Positions 29,674-38,842 of a DNA stretch of 64,000 nucleotides are shown here, one piece after another; the stretch's first letter is position 1; every line of letters starts with the position of its first letter. The notes beneath the pieces were generated by a model. The model saw only the letters and a program-made list of their open reading frames with translations. It was not told the origin of the DNA and made no database searches. Source of the DNA: Alphaproteobacteria bacterium (lineage in GTDB: Bacteria > Pseudomonadota > Alphaproteobacteria > Rickettsiales > SXRF01); the NCBI GenBank assembly GCA_039808985.1, contig JBDHUC010000003.1, forward strand, positions 18,523 through 82,522. The letters run 5' to 3'. Made by a program: the position numbers and the translations under genes.

Positions 29674-31809
29674 ATGAGCTTTAAATCAATAATAAATAAA
29701 ATACTGCCGCGTAAAAAACGCAAAAAAGGTAAAAAAAATGGCCAGACAGGCAATGGCGCAAAAACCAGCAAAGCCAGCAAAACAAAATCTTCGCCCCATT
29801 ATCCTTCATACCGCGCCGCGCATAAAGCCAAGAGGCATGGTTTCTGGCCGTGGTGCAAACGCCTCATAAAAAAAACCATAATCTACGGAACTGTTGCGGT
29901 ATTGCTGTTTCTTGGATTTCTTACCCTAACCCTTCCCAATATCGACGACCTGAACAAAGTCACAAAAGTGCAGAGCGTTCTGGTAAAATCGGAAGACGGG
30001 CAGATAATCGGCAGCTTTGGTGATATTTACGGCGACTATATTAATTTCGATGAATTTCCAAAAAATCTTGTTGATGCTGTGGTTGCAACCGAGGACCGTA
30101 ATTTCTACCGCCATTTCGGGGTTGACCCTCTGGGGCTTGCGCGCGCGACATTCGCTAATATTAAAGCCGGTCACGTTGTGCAGGGCGGAAGCACAATAAC
30201 CCAGCAAGTGGCCAAGAATGTATTTTTAACCCCCGACCGTACCCTAATACGCAAGCTTAAGGAAATGCTCCTGGCATTTAAGCTGGAACACCGTTTTTCT
30301 AAAAAAGAGATACTCAGCATCTATTTAAACCGTGTTTACCTGGGCGCTGGCAGCTATGGGGTTGACGCTGCATCAAGGCGCTATTTCGATAAGTCAGCGC
30401 GCGAACTTAACCTTGCCGAATCGGCTATAATGGCTGGTTTGCTTAAAGCCCCTTCACGCTATGCGCCAACCAGCAACCCCACACTTTCACGCAAACGCGC
30501 CGACCAGATACTTGTTAATATGGAAGATGCCGGATACCTTACCAAAACACAATCAGACCGGGCGCGCAAAGAACTTGAAAGTGCCATGAAAGGTAAAAAA
30601 CCAAATTCGCAAAGCACCTTTTATTTTGCCGACTGGATAGCTGACCAGCTCCCGGAATATATAGGAAATGTTGATGACGATCTGGTGGTGACAACCACGC
30701 TTAAGCCTGACTGGCAGGCGATGGCGGAAAAATCCATGGCCGAAGTTATGGATAAAAGCGGGGAGAAAATGAATGCATCGCAGGCCTCGATGATAGCCAT
30801 GTCGCCAGACGGAGCTGTGCGGGTTATGATAGGTGGGCGCAGCTATGCAGAGAGCCAGTATAACCGCGCCACACAGTCAATGCGCCAGCCCGGCTCGGCA
30901 TTCAAGCTATTCGTCTATCTGGCAGGGCTGGAAAGCGGAATGACACCCGACACCACAATGGAGGACGAACCCCTGTCAATAAAAGTTGCTGGTGGCCGCT
31001 GGCAGCCACAGAACTACAACCATAAATATAACGGCACTATGACTCTTAAAGAAGCCATAAACGAATCTGTAAATACAATAGCGGTTAGCATAAGCGAATC
31101 GGTTGGGCGCGAGAAGGTAATAAATATGGCCGAAAGGCTTGGCATAAGTTCAGATATGAAGCCGCTTCCCAGCATCGCACTCGGCGCAACCGAAGTTAAC
31201 CTGCTTGAGCTTACCAACGCCTATGCCCATCTCGCGTCAAACGGGCAGATTGTATATCCTTATGGGATAGTAGAAATACGCACCAGCCACGATAAGCTTT
31301 TATATAAACGCTTAGATACCAAACGTGCCCTGGTACTTAGCGAAAACGTGGTTGCCATGATGAATGAACTGCTTATGGGAGTTATAAATAACGGAACCGG
31401 AAGGGCAGCGAGGATAGGAAGGCCGGAAGCTGGAAAAACCGGGACAACATCTGATTATAAAGACGCATGGTTCATCGGGTATACGCCTGACCTGGTTGCC
31501 GGTGTATGGGTTGGCAACGATGATAACGACCCGATGAAAAAAGTAACCGGGGGAACACTTCCGGCCTCGATCTGGCATGGGTTCATGCAGGCTGCTCTTG
31601 CCAAAACCCCGGCGTCAAACCTGCCAACCGAGCGCAGCTTCTTTGCAGCACCTGCGGTTAATAACAACCCTCAGGATACGACATATGAGATGCAGGATTC
31701 GGAGGTTTCCGAGGGTACTGAACCAGCTATGCCACCACCTAAGAAAGAAAATAAAAAGGATGTTGAACTTGGCGACTCATTCTGGAAAAAACTACAGGGA
31801 TTGCGCTAG
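29674..31809 (+). CDS. mrcA: penicillin-binding protein 1A family (bifunctional transglycosylase/transpeptidase)
   Basis: The GT51 motifs 'ATEDRNFYRHFGVD', 'GGSTITQQVAKN' and 'RKLKE' are present. The transpeptidase motifs 'SAFK', 'SVN' and 'KTGTT' are also present. The cytoplasmic N-tail is long and Lys-rich. Confidence 0.93.
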   Translation: MSFKSIINKILPRKKRKKGKKNGQTGNGAKTSKASKTKSSPHYPSYRAAHKAKRHGFWPWCKRLIKKTIIYGTVAVLLFLGFLTLTLPNIDDLNKVTKVQSVLVKSEDGQIIGSFGDIYGDYINFDEFPKNLVDAVVATEDRNFYRHFGVDPLGLARATFANIKAGHVVQGGSTITQQVAKNVFLTPDRTLIRKLKEMLLAFKLEHRFSKKEILSIYLNRVYLGAGSYGVDAASRRYFDKSARELNLAESAIMAGLLKAPSRYAPTSNPTLSRKRADQILVNMEDAGYLTKTQSDRARKELESAMKGKKPNSQSTFYFADWIADQLPEYIGNVDDDLVVTTTLKPDWQAMAEKSMAEVMDKSGEKMNASQASMIAMSPDGAVRVMIGGRSYAESQYNRATQSMRQPGSAFKLFVYLAGLESGMTPDTTMEDEPLSIKVAGGRWQPQNYNHKYNGTMTLKEAINESVNTIAVSISESVGREKVINMAERLGISSDMKPLPSIALGATEVNLLELTNAYAHLASNGQIVYPYGIVEIRTSHDKLLYKRLDTKRALVLSENVVAMMNELLMGVINNGTGRAARIGRPEAGKTGTTSDYKDAWFIGYTPDLVAGVWVGNDDNDPMKKVTGGTLPASIWHGFMQAALAKTPASNLPTERSFFAAPAVNNNPQDTTYEMQDSEVSEGTEPAMPPPKKENKKDVELGDSFWKKLQGLR

Positions 31810-33440
31810 TGAAAGCAATGCCGGAAATTTTTGCTGATAATGTAAGACGCGATTCGCTGTTTTTATTCCTGCTGATATTTGGCTTTTTCATCATAGGTCT
31901 TGGGGTAAATCCCTATATTACGCCCAGCGAAGCGCGCTATATCGAGATACCAGGGCAAATGCTTAAAAGCGGCGACTGGATTACACCGCATATCAACGGC
32001 GTACAGTATTTTGAAAAACCGCCGCTATTTTACTGGATGCAGGCAATTGCCCTGTTTATTGGGAACAGTGAGTTCTGGGGACGAATCGCAACAGCGCTGG
32101 TTGTATCACTCACCTGCGCCATAACTTATGCAACGGGAAGGCTGTTATTTGGAAGGGCCAGCGGGTTCCTGGCAGCAGCGGCGCTTGCAACCTCTCTTAT
32201 GGGTTATGGGCTTAGCCGCGTTGCCATGCTTGATGCGCCAGTTACATTGTTTTTGACAGCGGCAATTGCCAGCTTTATTTTTGCGCATAAAACCGGCGAG
32301 GCAAAATTTTATTATTTTATGTACGCCGCCGCTGCCCTTGCGGTTATGACCAAGGGACTTATCGGGATAGTGATTCCGGGGCTGGTTATCGGGGGCTGGA
32401 TATTATTTACCAATAACTGGAAAATATTAAAGTCAGCGCGGCTGTTCAGCGGGACATTACTATTCCTGGCTATTGTTGCGCCATGGCATATAATCATGCA
32501 GATAAAGCACCCGGAATTTTTTGATTTTTATTTTATCCACGAGCATTTTACACGTTTCCTGACCAGCGAACATAAGCGCACCGCGCCATGGTGGTTTTTT
32601 ATTGCAGTTACTTTGGCGGGGATGGTTCCGTGGTTGTTGGTAATGGGTCATGGGTCATGGGTCAGAAAGGGTAATGACAGAAATTTTCTGCTCCTCTGGA
32701 TAATCCTGCCGCTGCTCTTTTTCTCGTCGTCGCACTCCAAGCTGATACCTTATATTTTTCCGATTTTCCCACCGCTTTTTATTCTGGTGGGCTGGCAACT
32801 TGCAAAGTGGTGGGAGCTTCCTTCCGCCCCGAAACTTCTTCGCGCCAATGCCTTATTTTGCGTATTCCTGGTTGCTGGCGGGGTTATAGCAGTAGGATTT
32901 TTCGGGCAAAAACTCAAAATACCTGAATTTTCATTCTATGATTTCCTGCCACTTATGTTAGTAACCAGCGCATTATTTTTAGCCGCAATTATCAAAAAAA
33001 CCCCGGCAAAAACCCTTATCGCATGGACGCTTGTTTTTGGCGCATCCCTTGGGCTAACCACAAATTATAATGCCGGGAATTTTAACAAGCGCACAATAAA
33101 AACGCTGGCAGAAATGCTATTACCGGAATTGCAAGACGGCGACATGGTAGTTGCCTATAACAGCTACTGGCAGGATCTTCCGGTATATCTTTCCCGCAAC
33201 GTAACTGTTGCTGGCTGGACCGGCGAACTTAATTTCGGGCTGGAACACACGCCGGATGCAAAGGAATGGATGATAACCATACCGGAATTCTGGGAAAAAT
33301 GTTCTAATTCAAAAACAGGAGTATATGTGTTCATTAATGATGAGGATTTTAGCAGCATAGATGCGCATGATGGCTGCGTGTTGCACGAAATTTCCCGCTA
33401 TGGCAAAACTATATTGCTGAAAAAGGATAAAAACCAATGA
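31809..33440 (+). CDS. arnT: ArnT-like family-39 glycosyltransferase (undecaprenyl-phosphate-sugar : lipid A transferase)
   Basis: 543-aa polytopic protein with 'EARYIEIPGQMLKSGDWITPHINGVQYFEKPPLFYWM', typical of ArnT/PMT_2. It is linked to arnB and arnC. The start is GTG at 31809 or ATG at 31818. Confidence 0.8.
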   Translation: MKAMPEIFADNVRRDSLFLFLLIFGFFIIGLGVNPYITPSEARYIEIPGQMLKSGDWITPHINGVQYFEKPPLFYWMQAIALFIGNSEFWGRIATALVVSLTCAITYATGRLLFGRASGFLAAAALATSLMGYGLSRVAMLDAPVTLFLTAAIASFIFAHKTGEAKFYYFMYAAAALAVMTKGLIGIVIPGLVIGGWILFTNNWKILKSARLFSGTLLFLAIVAPWHIIMQIKHPEFFDFYFIHEHFTRFLTSEHKRTAPWWFFIAVTLAGMVPWLLVMGHGSWVRKGNDRNFLLLWIILPLLFFSSSHSKLIPYIFPIFPPLFILVGWQLAKWWELPSAPKLLRANALFCVFLVAGGVIAVGFFGQKLKIPEFSFYDFLPLMLVTSALFLAAIIKKTPAKTLIAWTLVFGASLGLTTNYNAGNFNKRTIKTLAEMLLPELQDGDMVVAYNSYWQDLPVYLSRNVTVAGWTGELNFGLEHTPDAKEWMITIPEFWEKCSNSKTGVYVFINDEDFSSIDAHDGCVLHEISRYGKTILLKKDKNQ

Positions 33441-34594
33441 CCGAACTACCATTCCTGCCCTTTGCCAGGCCAACCATATCAGAAGCTGCGATTGAAGAAG
33501 TGGTGGCCAGTTTGCGTTCAGGCTGGATTACTACCGGCCCCAAAGTGCAGAAATTTGAAGAAATGCTGTCTGCATATCACTCAGGAAGACGGGCAGTATG
33601 TGTTTCTTCGGCTACTGCTGGGTTACAGATCGCGCTAATTGCCCTTGGAATTAAGGAAGGCGACGAAATTATCACTACGCCGCTTACTTTTGTTGCCACC
33701 CTGAATACTATTGTACTTGCAGGGGGAAAGCCGGTTCTGGTTGATATAGACCCGCAAACCCTGAATATAAATGCTGCTGCAATTGAAGCGGCGATAACTC
33801 CAAAAACCAAAGCGATAATGCCGGTGCATTACGCCGGGCTTCCCTGCGATATGGACACTATTTACGCGCTTGCAAAAAAACATAGCTTGCGGGTGGTGGA
33901 AGATTGCGCCCATGCTATCGGCGCTGTTTATAAAGGCAGGAAACTGGGAAGTTCCGGCGATATACAGGTTATGAGTTTCCACCCCAACAAAAACATGACC
34001 ACCGGCGAAGGCGGCGCCATCATAACCGATGACAAAGAAGTTATACATAGGCTGGAGCGCCTGCGTTTCCACGGCATCGACCGCGACGCTTTCAACCGCT
34101 TCAGCAAGGCCGGAAGCCAGCAATATGATGTGGTGGCGGCTGGCTATAAATATAACATGATGGATATACAGGCCGCACTTGGCATCCACCAGTTGCCGGA
34201 GCTGGATGGTTTTATAGAAAAACGCACAAAACTGGCACGGCGTTACATTGAACTGCTGGGTGGCTGGAGCGAATTTACTTTGCCGCAAGCCCCAAAATAT
34301 GACCACGCCCACGCATGGCATCTATTCACCCCGCTACTCAACCAAAACAAAGCCGGGCTGGACCGCGACGGGCTGATAAATGCGATGAAAGCTGAGAATA
34401 TCGGGCTGGGGCTGCATTACCAGTCGACCCATACATTTTCCTATTACCAGGATAATTATGGCTGGAAACCAGGAGATTTCCCTAATGCTTTGAGTGCCGG
34501 AGAGAGGATTTTCAGCCTGCCCCTCTTCCCGCTTATGACCATTGATGAACAGGACCGGGTGATAAAAGCGCTGGAAAAGGTACTAAAAAGATAA
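33437..34594 (+). CDS. arnB: UDP-4-amino-4-deoxy-L-arabinose--oxoglutarate aminotransferase (DegT/DnrJ/EryC1 family)
   Basis: 385 aa. 'FLPFARPTISEAAIEEVVASLRSGWITTGPKV' and 'SFHPNKNMTTGEGG' (PLP lysine) are close to ArnB. Confidence 0.85.
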   Translation: MTELPFLPFARPTISEAAIEEVVASLRSGWITTGPKVQKFEEMLSAYHSGRRAVCVSSATAGLQIALIALGIKEGDEIITTPLTFVATLNTIVLAGGKPVLVDIDPQTLNINAAAIEAAITPKTKAIMPVHYAGLPCDMDTIYALAKKHSLRVVEDCAHAIGAVYKGRKLGSSGDIQVMSFHPNKNMTTGEGGAIITDDKEVIHRLERLRFHGIDRDAFNRFSKAGSQQYDVVAAGYKYNMMDIQAALGIHQLPELDGFIEKRTKLARRYIELLGGWSEFTLPQAPKYDHAHAWHLFTPLLNQNKAGLDRDGLINAMKAENIGLGLHYQSTHTFSYYQDNYGWKPGDFPNALSAGERIFSLPLFPLMTIDEQDRVIKALEKVLKR

Positions 34595-34606
34595 TAAACA
34601 GGCTTT

Positions 34607-35539
34607 ATGAACCCTTACATCTCCATCGTCATTCCCGTTTATAATGAGGAAAAAACCCTGCCGATAATGTTCTCGCGGCTGCTTAAGGTTATGGATGGAT
34701 ACGGCAAGGCTTACGAAGTTATTTTCGTAAATGACGGAAGCCACGATAATTCGCAGGCGATACTGGCCGAACTGTTCGCTAAGCGCCCCGATGTGATACG
34801 CGTGGTACAGTTCATGCGCAATTACGGCCAGCACCCGGCGATCATGGCCGGGTTCGAGCATGTGCGCGGCGATGTGGTGGTGACGCTGGATTGCGACCTG
34901 CAGAACCCGCCGGAAGATATACCTAAACTGCTAGCACTTATCGAAAGTGGGCATGATGTGGTTGGCGGCCGCCGCGCTAACCGCCGTGACCTGGCATGGC
35001 GCAAGGCGGTGTCAAAATTTTCCAATATCGTGCGCAAGAAAATCACTAATATAGATATGGGCGACCATGGCTGCATGTTGCGCGCCTACAGGCGCAATAT
35101 AATCGACCAGATAGTTGCAATCGGTGACGCCTCGCCTTTCATAACCGCGCTTTCGCAGGAACTCTCAGGAAACCCGGCGGAAATTGATGTCGGCCATGAA
35201 GAACGCGCTGCCGGAGAATCGAATTATAATTTATATAAGCTCATACGCTATAATTTCGACCTTGTTACCGGGTTCTCGCTCGTCCCTCTTCAGCTTTTCA
35301 CCATAGTTGGAATGTTCTGCTCAGGCGCGAGTTTCCTGCTGGTATTATACATGGCGGCGCGGCGCATAATTATAGGGCCGGAAGTAGACGGCGTGTTCAC
35401 CTTATTCGCGATACTGTTTTTCCTGATTAGCGTAACCATGCTGGGGCTGGGGATCATCGGCGAATATGTGGGACGCATCTACAAGGAAGTGCGCCACAGG
35501 CCGCGCTATATGGTGAAAGAAATACTGGAGCGAAAATAG
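34607..35539 (+). CDS. arnC: undecaprenyl-phosphate aminoarabinose transferase-like GT2 (ArnC-like)
   Basis: 310 aa with 'ISIVIPVYNEE', 'FVNDGSHDNS' and 'DCDLQNPPE', plus two C-terminal TM helices. Confidence 0.85.
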   Translation: MNPYISIVIPVYNEEKTLPIMFSRLLKVMDGYGKAYEVIFVNDGSHDNSQAILAELFAKRPDVIRVVQFMRNYGQHPAIMAGFEHVRGDVVVTLDCDLQNPPEDIPKLLALIESGHDVVGGRRANRRDLAWRKAVSKFSNIVRKKITNIDMGDHGCMLRAYRRNIIDQIVAIGDASPFITALSQELSGNPAEIDVGHEERAAGESNYNLYKLIRYNFDLVTGFSLVPLQLFTIVGMFCSGASFLLVLYMAARRIIIGPEVDGVFTLFAILFFLISVTMLGLGIIGEYVGRIYKEVRHRPRYMVKEILERK

Positions 35540-35604
35540 CCACTTCCTTAACATTAATTTATGGGTTTATTTTTATCCTTATGACTAAGTAGTAAGGATA
35601 ATGC

Positions 35605-36477
35605 ATGGACAGAAGAACACTATATAAAAGCCTGGAGGCAAGCGACCAGTATTACAAAATGGTGTTTACGCAACCCCTCTCCCCACTTGAACAGATACGT
35701 GCTGTAAATAGCCAGAAAATTACCGGGTTCTGGAATGAACTGACAACCATAGAATCGCATCTAAAGACCATGGAAGCGGAACTCGGCCATAAATACAGCC
35801 CCAGCCAGCCACGCGTTCCAGCAGGCAACCCCGCAGGTGGGCAATGGACCAGCGGCAATTTCGGAAGCGGGGTTGGCGCGGAAGTATATGTTCCAGCGCA
35901 ACCAAAACCAAGCAGCAGCACCCCGCCATATATACCATCGCACAAGCCAGATAATAACGGCTCCATAATGAACTATGACGATGGGGGCGAGTATGATGAC
36001 TGGGATTATGGGGATGGTGGAGATGATACCCCAGTTTATGATGGCGAACCCGACCTTCCTATCGAGCCGGTGTATCCACTGGAAGAATTATTAGGACTGT
36101 GGGCTGGCGGGGAATTATTCAGTTCATTTGATATTTTCGGCGGAGGAGCCGCAGGCGCTGCCGAAGGAGGAATTGACGCTGGCACAGAAATAGGGGGTAT
36201 GATTACTGAAGGTAGTGCAGAAGATTTAAGTGTAGAACAATCACAGAATTTAATACGATTTGAGAAAAATCTTCCAAATGGAGCAACAGAAACAAGGATT
36301 TCCAACCTTCCAGATGGGAGCAAGGTATTGGAATCTGATGTTCCTGCAAATAATATACCTGGTTCTTATGCCACATATCAAAAAACTATTGATGCAAGTG
36401 GCAAAACTGTAAGATATACAAAAACAACTTATGCCCCAGATGGTAGCATAGTTCATACAAAGGTAAAATTCCCATGA
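35605..36477 (+). CDS. hypothetical protein: helical N-terminus, Gly/Asp-rich disordered centre, beta-rich ~85-aa C-terminal module (candidate toxin)
   Basis: 290 aa with no signal peptide or TM segment. It contains 'PRVPAGNPAGGQWTSG', an acidic 'DDGGEYDDWDYGDGGDD' tract, and the C-terminal 'GSYATYQKTIDASGKTVRYTKTTYAPDGSIVHTKVKF'. The gene interrupts the arn cluster. Confidence 0.6.
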   Translation: MDRRTLYKSLEASDQYYKMVFTQPLSPLEQIRAVNSQKITGFWNELTTIESHLKTMEAELGHKYSPSQPRVPAGNPAGGQWTSGNFGSGVGAEVYVPAQPKPSSSTPPYIPSHKPDNNGSIMNYDDGGEYDDWDYGDGGDDTPVYDGEPDLPIEPVYPLEELLGLWAGGELFSSFDIFGGGAAGAAEGGIDAGTEIGGMITEGSAEDLSVEQSQNLIRFEKNLPNGATETRISNLPDGSKVLESDVPANNIPGSYATYQKTIDASGKTVRYTKTTYAPDGSIVHTKVKFP

Positions 36478-36818
36478 TAGAACGTAAATCATTACTGGAA
36501 AAATTGGTCGGGTTTGATGCTAAACTAGCAATCATCCTACCTTTGTTACGGCAATTTGGCTGGGATAGTGACAAAACATTGGTTATACTACAGCGCGAAG
36601 ATATAGTTTCCGTATTAGATAGATATTTAAAATCGGTCTTGAGCGCATCTGACATTGAACAATGGGCAAATGCCATAGAAGGCAGGGAAGATATTGAATA
36701 TGAGGCTGGCCATGGAAGCACTATATCTGCCGCCATACACGAACTTGCAAATCCTATTCTCACTGCATCACTTACTATTAAAAATGCCAAAAAATTGATT
36801 GGGCAACTGCAACAATGA
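36474..36818 (+). CDS. hypothetical protein, candidate cognate immunity protein
   Basis: 114-aa acidic helical protein. Its ATG overlaps the upstream TGA as ATGA at 36474-36477. Confidence 0.55.
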   Translation: MIERKSLLEKLVGFDAKLAIILPLLRQFGWDSDKTLVILQREDIVSVLDRYLKSVLSASDIEQWANAIEGREDIEYEAGHGSTISAAIHELANPILTASLTIKNAKKLIGQLQQ

Positions 36819-36961
36819 TGAAGCAACTTATGAAAGAACAGAGAGTTAAAGATATATCTGATCATATTCTTGTAGACATGCCAGAAATGGAAATTGTACG
36901 CCAGAAAGCCAACTTTGCCTTGAAGCTGGTTAATGAGGCTGTTGCGGCGGCTAAATCTTAA
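36815..36961 (+). CDS. small hypothetical ORF (48 aa), third member of the coupled cassette
   Basis: It is not in the ORF track because it is under 60 aa. I translated it by hand as MMKQLMKEQRVKDISDHILVDMPEMEIVRQKANFALKLVNEAVAAAKS. Its ATG overlaps the upstream TGA (ATGA at 36815-36818), and TAA lies at 36959-36961. Confidence 0.35.
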   Translation: MMKQLMKEQRVKDISDHILVDMPEMEIVRQKANFALKLVNEAVAAAKS

Positions 36962-37041
36962 GCTTTTATTGACATATGCCAGGGTTATGTGGCAGAGATA
37001 CAAGTAACAACCAGTATAGTTAACTCTTACCATTAAATTAC

Positions 37042-38070
37042 ATGAAAATACTGATACTTGGCGCTAATGGCTTTATAGGCAGCCACCTGAGCGAATTTAT
37101 ACTTGGAAACCGCGACTGGGAAGTCTATGCCATGGATAAAAGCTCGGACAAAATATCCGACTTCCTGAAGCATCCGCGCTTCCATTTCGTCGAAGGCGAT
37201 ATAACCATCAACAAGGAATGGGTGGAATACCATGTTAATAAATGTGACGTGGTATTGCCGCTGGTGGCCATAGCCAACCCGGCAACCTATGTGCGCGACC
37301 CGCTTTCGGTTTTTGAACTGGATTTCGAGGCCAACCTTGAAATTGTCCGCCACTGCGTACGCTATAAGAAACGCCTGGTTTTCCCATCTACTTCCGAAGT
37401 GTATGGCATGAGCATGGAAAATCCTTACGATGAGGAAGAAAGCCTGCTGGTTACAGGCCCGATAAAAAAGGAACGCTGGATATATTCAAGCAGCAAGCAA
37501 CTCATGGACAGGGTTATTTACGCTTACGGCCAGCATAAAGGACTGGATTTCACCTTGTTCCGCCCGTTCAACTGGTTTGGACCCAAGCTTGATAATGTAT
37601 GGGAAAGCAAGGAAGGTTCATCACGCGTGGCTACCCAGTTCCTGAGCAATATTTTCCATGGCCGGGAGATTATACTGGTGGGCGGCGGGACACAGCGCCG
37701 CTGTTTCCTTTATATAGATGATGCCATTGAAGCTATGATGAAGATAATTGAAAATAAAGATGGCGTGGCAAATGGACGTATCTTCAATATTGGCCATCCC
37801 GATAACGATGTTTCAATAAAAGAACTTGCCGAACTGATGATTGATGTAATGGGCGAATTCAAAGGTTATGAGAAAGTGCGCGACAAGGTAAAAATAACCG
37901 TTAAGTCCGGCGAGGAATTCTTCGGCGCCGGCTACCAGGACCTGGTGGCGCGGGTTCCTAAAATAGATAACGCGAAAAACCTGCTGGGCTGGGAACCTAC
38001 GACCGATATTAAAACCGCGATCCGCAAAACCATAGCTTACTACCAGGCCAATATCCCGGCCAGCCTTTGA
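37042..38070 (+). CDS. UDP-glucuronate decarboxylase / UDP-4-keto-pentose synthase (stand-alone ArnA C-terminal domain type, SDR)
   Basis: 'KILILGANGFIGSHL' and 'HPRFHFVEGDITINKEWVEYHVNKCDVVLPLVAIANPATYVRDPLSVFELDFEANL' align closely with my recollection of the E. coli ArnA dehydrogenase domain. No formyltransferase domain is present. Confidence 0.85.
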   Translation: MKILILGANGFIGSHLSEFILGNRDWEVYAMDKSSDKISDFLKHPRFHFVEGDITINKEWVEYHVNKCDVVLPLVAIANPATYVRDPLSVFELDFEANLEIVRHCVRYKKRLVFPSTSEVYGMSMENPYDEEESLLVTGPIKKERWIYSSSKQLMDRVIYAYGQHKGLDFTLFRPFNWFGPKLDNVWESKEGSSRVATQFLSNIFHGREIILVGGGTQRRCFLYIDDAIEAMMKIIENKDGVANGRIFNIGHPDNDVSIKELAELMIDVMGEFKGYEKVRDKVKITVKSGEEFFGAGYQDLVARVPKIDNAKNLLGWEPTTDIKTAIRKTIAYYQANIPASL

Positions 38071-38100
38071 TTATGCAAGGGGTTAGTGGTGAGTGGTGTA

Positions 38101-38209
38101 TGTCGTGCCGCCGCATGGCAGTCATCCTGTGAGGAGCAAGGCTACTGCACAGGATCTGCCCAATAATCCTGAGATCCTGCGCAAATTCTTACGAATTTCA
38201 CAGGATGAC
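38101..38209. repeat. MITE-like element with gtcatcctgtg / cacaggatgac termini, preceded by a partial gccgccgcatggc hairpin module
   Basis: The termini lie at 38121-38131 and 38199-38209. The internal cctgagatcctgcgcaa block is shared with 23284-23300 and 45703-45719. Confidence 0.65.
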
Positions 38210-38223
38210 ACCAACGCCAGAAC

Positions 38224-38748
38224 CTAGCGTTCCCTGGGCCTATGGTTATTTCTTCCTGCAATAAGCTTAAGCCTTTCTTGCTGCAATGAGCGCTCCTGCT
38301 CTTCCTGCCTCTGGGCAACGAGAGAGCGATATTCACCTGCCAGCTCTTCTACTGAGTTTACATAGGTAATTTTTGCATTTGGAAATTTATCTTTAATTTC
38401 AGCAGCAGCTACACTCTGCGCCGGAGCAAAATAACTATTATGGAAGCGGCTCCTTTTTTTCTCATGAACCTGGGGTATAGTAAATTTTATCGCTTTATCT
38501 TCCAGATTATAACCTGAATTATACCCAGCTTTTATTAGAAGGCTCTGGTGACTATAAAAAATATTTTTTACAGGGCCTGTGACCGCCCCCGTAAATACCA
38601 AAAATTTTTCATCTTTACCATTATGGCCAGGCGGCACCAACTCCAAAGGAAGCGCCTTTATGGGTATCGCTATCAATTCAACCGGTTCTTTCCCTGCTTT
38701 AGCCTGCACCCCGCCTGGCTTAATTTTATCTTGAAATTTTTTATTCAT
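38224..38748 (-). CDS. hypothetical protein
   Basis: 174-aa ORF with a Lys-rich N-terminus and an Arg/Glu/Gln-rich C-terminus. I recognised no motifs. It is the only long ORF in this interval. Confidence 0.45.
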   Translation of the reverse strand: MNKKFQDKIKPGGVQAKAGKEPVELIAIPIKALPLELVPPGHNGKDEKFLVFTGAVTGPVKNIFYSHQSLLIKAGYNSGYNLEDKAIKFTIPQVHEKKRSRFHNSYFAPAQSVAAAEIKDKFPNAKITYVNSVEELAGEYRSLVAQRQEEQERSLQQERLKLIAGRNNHRPRER

Positions 38749-38842
38749 ATAAAGCCGCTAACAAAATCACAATTGTATTACTTATTGTTAATCAAAATAT
38801 GATTTATTGGCAATTATAAATTTATAATTATTTTACAATAAT

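Noticed and set aside
36386-37033. 215-aa minus-strand ORF overlapping the immunity-like gene and the small third ORF
   Set aside because: The plus-strand ORFs form a chain of ATGA-overlapping genes that continues the operon direction. The minus-strand product has no motifs and would run against all neighbours.
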